NCBI GenBank assembly: GCA_038248915.1
Contig: JBBRXB010000002.1
Span: 128,622-192,621, forward strand
Reading direction: 5' to 3'
DNA: 64,000 nt
DNA from: Candidatus Limnocylindrales bacterium
Lineage (GTDB): Bacteria; Chloroflexota; Limnocylindria; Limnocylindrales; CSP1-4
The notes under the pieces are model-generated. The model ran no database searches, had not been told where the DNA came from, and worked only from the letters and a program-made list of their open reading frames with translations. The translations under genes were made by a program, and so were the position numbers. Positions 60,576-64,000 of this stretch are shown here, in pieces (the stretch's first letter is position 1; each line of letters begins with the position of its first letter).

Positions 60576-61298
60576 GTGGCTGGCGTCCGGAGCCATCCGG
60601 CGATCGACCCTGCGGAGGCCCACGCACCGTTCGGGGCCATCCCGGATGCACGGTTCGCCGAGTCGGGCGGCGCCCCGCCGGTCAGCGGACTGACCGGCTA
60701 CCGCTGGCCGATCCCGAGGCCGCGGATCACGCTTCCGTTCGGCCCGACCGCGTGGGGCGACTGGATCGTGGATGGCGAGGCGACCCACGATGGCATCGAC
60801 ATGGCGACCTTCTGCGGTGACCGGATCCGGGCCGCCCACGCCGGGACCGTGCTGGCGGCGGGTCGACGGTTCGACGACGTGCTGGGCTGGGTCGGCGACC
60901 TGACGGCTTACTACGCCCGACTCGACAAGAAGAAGCTCTGGACGACCCTGCCGCTCGTCGTCGTCATCGACGACGGCAACGGCTACCGAAGCCTGTATGC
61001 CCATTTCGGCAAGATCGTGGTCAAGAAGGGCCAGACCGTGATGGCCGGTCGGCTGCTCGGCTACGAGGGTCGGACCGGCCACGCGTCGGGCTGCCACCTG
61101 CACTACGGGCTGTACAGCCCCTTCGAGCGGGCGGTCTTCACCCTCGAACCGGGCGTGGTCAGGCGGATGAAGCTGCCGCCGGCCGAGATCGCCCGGATCG
61201 ATCCGCGGCTCGTCCTGCCGGCGTGGGGCAAGACGACGGCGACGCCCAAGCCGACGAAGCTCGAGACGACCGACGCACCCGCACCGCCGACACCCTGA
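60576..61298 (+). CDS. M23-family (LytM-type) metallopeptidase catalytic domain
   Basis: 240 aa from GTG 60576. It has the HxxxD motif (THDGIDM) and the HxH motif (GCHLHYG), with NGYRSLYAHFGKIVVKKGQTVMAGRLLGYEGRTGHASG between them. As called it has no signal peptide of its own. Confidence 0.75.
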   Translation: MAGVRSHPAIDPAEAHAPFGAIPDARFAESGGAPPVSGLTGYRWPIPRPRITLPFGPTAWGDWIVDGEATHDGIDMATFCGDRIRAAHAGTVLAAGRRFDDVLGWVGDLTAYYARLDKKKLWTTLPLVVVIDDGNGYRSLYAHFGKIVVKKGQTVMAGRLLGYEGRTGHASGCHLHYGLYSPFERAVFTLEPGVVRRMKLPPAEIARIDPRLVLPAWGKTTATPKPTKLETTDAPAPPTP

Positions 61299-61319
61299 CC
61301 AAACGCCGGCGGACGGTCG

Positions 61320-62720
61320 TCACACGCGGCGCCGGTAACGTCGGCCGATGAGCCAGAAGGCCGGGATGGAGCCGAGCGCCGACGCCAGCGATGCGCTCGA
61401 TCCGTCGCGCATCTCGAGCGCGAGCAGGCCGTCGGTGGAGGCCGCGTCTGACGGTCGTGCGTCGACTTCGGCCAGGTCGATCGCGATGCGCCCGGGGTCC
61501 GGCATCCCGAGGCTCGCGACGAGTGCCTCGGGCCGGCCGCCATGCTCGTACTCGGCCCGGACCTCGGCCTCCGCGCGCCAGGTCGGGCGGCGCAGCAGGA
61601 TCGCCTGCCATGCGTCGGCGACGTCGCGGGTCACGGTCCCGTCACCGGGCGACGGAGTCACCTCGATCCCCTCGCCCCGCGCCCAGCGCGCCGCGCGATG
61701 GAGCAGCCCGTACTCATCGAGGTCGGCATACGCCCCGAGCCGGTCGACCGGCGACCCATCGCCGAATATCGCCCGGACGGACGGACCGAAGACCTCGCCG
61801 AGATCGAGGTCGATGGCGCGCACGGTCCGGTGGAAATAGACCTGCTGGTACATGAATCGGCGGGAGGTGAGGAACATCTCGAGCGCCGGGAGACCCGGCT
61901 CGAACAAGGTCAGTCCGCGCTCGGAGATGAACGCGTACCGCCGCAACCGCTCGACGTCGACCGGACCGACGGCGACTCCGGTCAGATAGGCGTCGCGCCG
62001 GACGTAATCGAGGTTGTCGACCGTGAATACGCCTGACAGCAGTGGCTGGAGCCAGCGCAGCCAGTGCGGCATCGAGGGATCTTCGAGGGCGGGTTTGGAG
62101 ACGAGGAACGCCACCCAGCCAGGCTCGATCGTCTCACCGTCGTCCAGGGCATCGCGCTCGGCGGCAGCGCCCGGGGCGCGGCGCAGTCCGCGGATCAACG
62201 GCCCGAGCTCGCCCTCGATGAGGAGTTGTGACAGGTCCTCATGGGTCAACCGCTTGTCGGCCGGCCGGCGCGCGTCGGGGGGTGCCGTGAAGGCCGCCAG
62301 CACTTGGTCGTCGAAGAAGTGCGCGAACGGCCCGTGGCCCACGTCGTGGAGCAAGCCGGCCATCCGCAGGGTCTCGACCACCAGCCCTTCCGATGGCGCC
62401 GGCTCGCCCAGCGTCCGCAGCGTCGAGCGCAGGCTCGGGTAGAGTGCGCGGGCCCACAGGCCGGCCTCGTGCATGACCCCCAGCCCGTGGGTGAACCGTG
62501 AATGCTCGGCCGTCGGGAAGACCCACCGGGCGCTCTGCAGCTGGCTGATCCGCCGCATCCGCTGGAGCCACGCTGTGTCGAGCAGGTCCTCCTCGGCGAC
62601 GTCCTCGTCGGGCAGACCGGCGGCCGCCGACTCGTCGTGCGACAGGCATTTGGTCAGCTCCACGTAGCCGTGGATCGGGTCGCTGATGAGGTTGACCGCC
62701 GTGAACGGGTGGCGTGCCAT
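61320..62720 (-). CDS. HD-domain dNTP triphosphohydrolase-like protein (SAMHD1/EF1143 type)
   Basis: Track ORF 61320..62909; start at ATG 62720 (MARHPFTAVNLISDPIHGYVELT), overlapping the upstream stop (TGATG). Contains RFTHGLGVMHEAG, GLLHDVGHGPFAHFFD and TVDNLDYVRRDAYLTGV. These parallel the SAMHD1 motifs RFEHSLGV / LLHDLGHGPFSH / DVDKWDYFARD as I recall them. Confidence 0.85.
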   Translation of the reverse strand: MARHPFTAVNLISDPIHGYVELTKCLSHDESAAAGLPDEDVAEEDLLDTAWLQRMRRISQLQSARWVFPTAEHSRFTHGLGVMHEAGLWARALYPSLRSTLRTLGEPAPSEGLVVETLRMAGLLHDVGHGPFAHFFDDQVLAAFTAPPDARRPADKRLTHEDLSQLLIEGELGPLIRGLRRAPGAAAERDALDDGETIEPGWVAFLVSKPALEDPSMPHWLRWLQPLLSGVFTVDNLDYVRRDAYLTGVAVGPVDVERLRRYAFISERGLTLFEPGLPALEMFLTSRRFMYQQVYFHRTVRAIDLDLGEVFGPSVRAIFGDGSPVDRLGAYADLDEYGLLHRAARWARGEGIEVTPSPGDGTVTRDVADAWQAILLRRPTWRAEAEVRAEYEHGGRPEALVASLGMPDPGRIAIDLAEVDARPSDAASTDGLLALEMRDGSSASLASALGSIPAFWLIGRRYRRRV

Positions 62721-63721
62721 CAGGCGTAGCGGGCGAGCGCGCGCTTGAGCGTGTCGGCCACGTCGTCGCGCAGCGCGGCTGGCGACACGACCTCCACGTC
62801 GTCGCCCCACGACAGGATCCAGAGTCGGATCTCGATCGAGCCGGCGACCGTCGCCCGCCAGCGCAGGGAGCCGTCCGGCTCGGTCTCGACGGTCTGGGTC
62901 GGATGCCATGTCGCCTCGAGGACCCGACCGGCGACCTTGGGCACGAACCGGAGCACGACCTCGACCGGCGGCTGGTCGGCGATGATGTCCCAGGCGGCGC
63001 GCAGCGCGGACGTCGTCGCCGCCGGGTCGGGTGGCTCGAACGTCCTGGGCGTGAGCGACGCGGTCCGGATGCGCTCGATCTTGAACGTGCGGATCGCCTC
63101 GCGTTCCTCGTCGTACCCGATGAGGTAGAGCGCGTGGGTCTGGAGCGACGGTTCCAGGAGGTACGGCCGAACGGTCGCGCGCCGGGGCGTGGCGCCACCC
63201 TCGAGATGCGCCGGGGCATAGTCGAACGACACCACCCGCCGCTCCGCCCAGGCCCGGGTCAGCAGGCGGACATTGGCGCTGAAGCGCTCGTCACGCGGCG
63301 CCTTCGACAGGCCGTCGAGGGTCCGTTCGACGTGTTCGGCGAGCGGCGACGGCAGGCCGCGCTCGAGCTTCTCGAACGCCGCCGCCAGGTCAGGATCGTA
63401 CTTGTCCGCGTAGCGGACCATCAGCCGGGCGGACAGGACGACGGCCATGGCCTCCTGCTGGGTGAGCTTCAGCGGAGGCAGGAAGGCCTTGTCCGAATCG
63501 ATCCCCCACACGCCGTCCTCGCCCCACACCGGCAGCCGGAGCTCTTCCTGGAGGGCAGTCAGGTCGCGGTAGACGGTCCGCACGGACATCCCCACCCGGG
63601 CCGCGATGTCCGGCGTCCGGATACCCTCCGGATGGGCCTGCAGGATCGACACGAGCCGCGTCAGGCGGGCCAGCCGGTCGCGTTTGGTGGCGTACCGTCC
63701 AGGGTCGTCATCGATGGTCAT
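62720..63721 (-). CDS. HTH-WYL-WCX transcriptional regulator (YafY/PafBC-like)
   Basis: This is the C-terminal 333 aa of track ORF 62720..63895, starting at ATG 63721 (MTIDDDPGRYATKRDRLARLTRLVSILQAHPEGIRTPDIAARVGMSVRTVYRDLTALQE). WYL-domain region: VSFDYAPAHLEGGATPRRATVRPYLLEPSLQTHALYLIGYDEEREAIRTFKIERI. C-terminal WCX-like region: VVLRF...WHPTQ...SWGDDVEVVSPAALR. Confidence 0.85.
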   Translation of the reverse strand: MTIDDDPGRYATKRDRLARLTRLVSILQAHPEGIRTPDIAARVGMSVRTVYRDLTALQEELRLPVWGEDGVWGIDSDKAFLPPLKLTQQEAMAVVLSARLMVRYADKYDPDLAAAFEKLERGLPSPLAEHVERTLDGLSKAPRDERFSANVRLLTRAWAERRVVSFDYAPAHLEGGATPRRATVRPYLLEPSLQTHALYLIGYDEEREAIRTFKIERIRTASLTPRTFEPPDPAATTSALRAAWDIIADQPPVEVVLRFVPKVAGRVLEATWHPTQTVETEPDGSLRWRATVAGSIEIRLWILSWGDDVEVVSPAALRDDVADTLKRALARYA

Positions 63722-64000
63722 GGGCTCGGAGGATAGATGACCGAGTCGCGGCCACGCTCTGTCGCGGTGAGGCGCAGGTCGATCGTCCCGTTGAGGGCGT
63801 CCGGGACGATGCCGGACGCCTCGCCGTTGGCACTCCCGGCGACCTGGCCGAGCTCGCCGTCGAGGAAGATCCAGTAGTCGAGCTGGCCCCGCCAACGGTG
63901 GAGGTCGGCGTCGCCCACGAGACGGACGATCTCGGGGAAGGCCGCGCGGAACGTCGTGCCGTCGATGGCGACCCGGCAGCGGCGGGCGCGAGCGCCCTCG
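63718..64000 (-). CDS. Hypothetical protein, 3' end only (the start lies beyond the right window edge)
   Basis: My translation of the minus strand from the window edge: ...EGARARRCRVAIDGTTFRAAFPEIVRLVGDADLHRWRGQLDYWIFLDGELGQVAGSANGEASGIVPDALNGTIDLRLTATERGRDSVIYPPSP-TGA. The stop overlaps the WYL regulator start (ATGA). The track shows only a 66-aa piece of it. Confidence 0.5.
   Translation of the reverse strand, partial: EGARARRCRVAIDGTTFRAAFPEIVRLVGDADLHRWRGQLDYWIFLDGELGQVAGSANGEASGIVPDALNGTIDLRLTATERGRDSVIYPPSP

Overview
High-GC bacterial chromosomal segment (roughly 70% GC by eye, not computed). Gene content and style look Actinomycetota-like: many GTG starts, frequent 4-nt GTGA/ATGA stop-start overlaps, an F420-type LLM oxidoreductase, a WYL regulator and an actinobacterial-type DapD. 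This taxonomic guess is inference only. I can support about 65 protein genes and 2 tRNAs. I found no rRNA, CRISPR array, transposase or integrase. Because of the GC content, the six-frame track is full of long spurious antisense or off-frame ORFs, and it omits genes cut by the window edges and ORFs under 60 aa, so several calls rest on my own translation. Main blocks, left to right: (1) peptide-type ABC binding protein, enolase-superfamily enzyme and aldehyde dehydrogenase; (2) UbiB kinase, AsnB; (3) IclR plus a ~9 kb translationally coupled operon of MttB-family methyltransferase, DMG-dehydrogenase-like flavoenzyme, soxA-G-B-D and Fe-ADH, a predicted glycine betaine -> glycine route; (4) LLM oxidoreductase, GNAT, ATP-dependent DNA ligase; (5) rhodanese / class-V aminotransferase pair; (6) tRNA-Ile with a UAU anticodon; (7) PT-repeat membrane protein, orphan DNA methyltransferase, LAL/LuxR regulator; (8) amicyanin-like cupredoxin, AlaX and YbaK editing factors, SulP, K+ channel, pntAA-AB-B; (9) acyl-CoA synthetase and assorted membrane proteins; (10) tRNA-Arg(UCG) next to a GH32 / sucrose-phosphate synthase / sucrose-phosphate phosphatase module; (11) MarR-ClC-MarR; (12) dapB-dapA-dapD; (13) M23 peptidase; (14) a WYL regulator coupled to a SAMHD1-like HD dNTPase. 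The observations I consider most worth follow-up are: a Lys-codon leader ORF plus intrinsic terminator in the dapB leader (candidate lysine attenuator); the WYL-dNTPase operon; the corrinoid-partner-less MttB operon; the rare tRNA-Ile(UAU); an in-frame TAG splitting the M23 peptidase; and the sucrose module, which lies between a tRNA and a truncated permease gene. Several genes are disrupted (two frameshifts, one nonsense codon, two truncations). I cannot tell real decay from assembly error using sequence alone.
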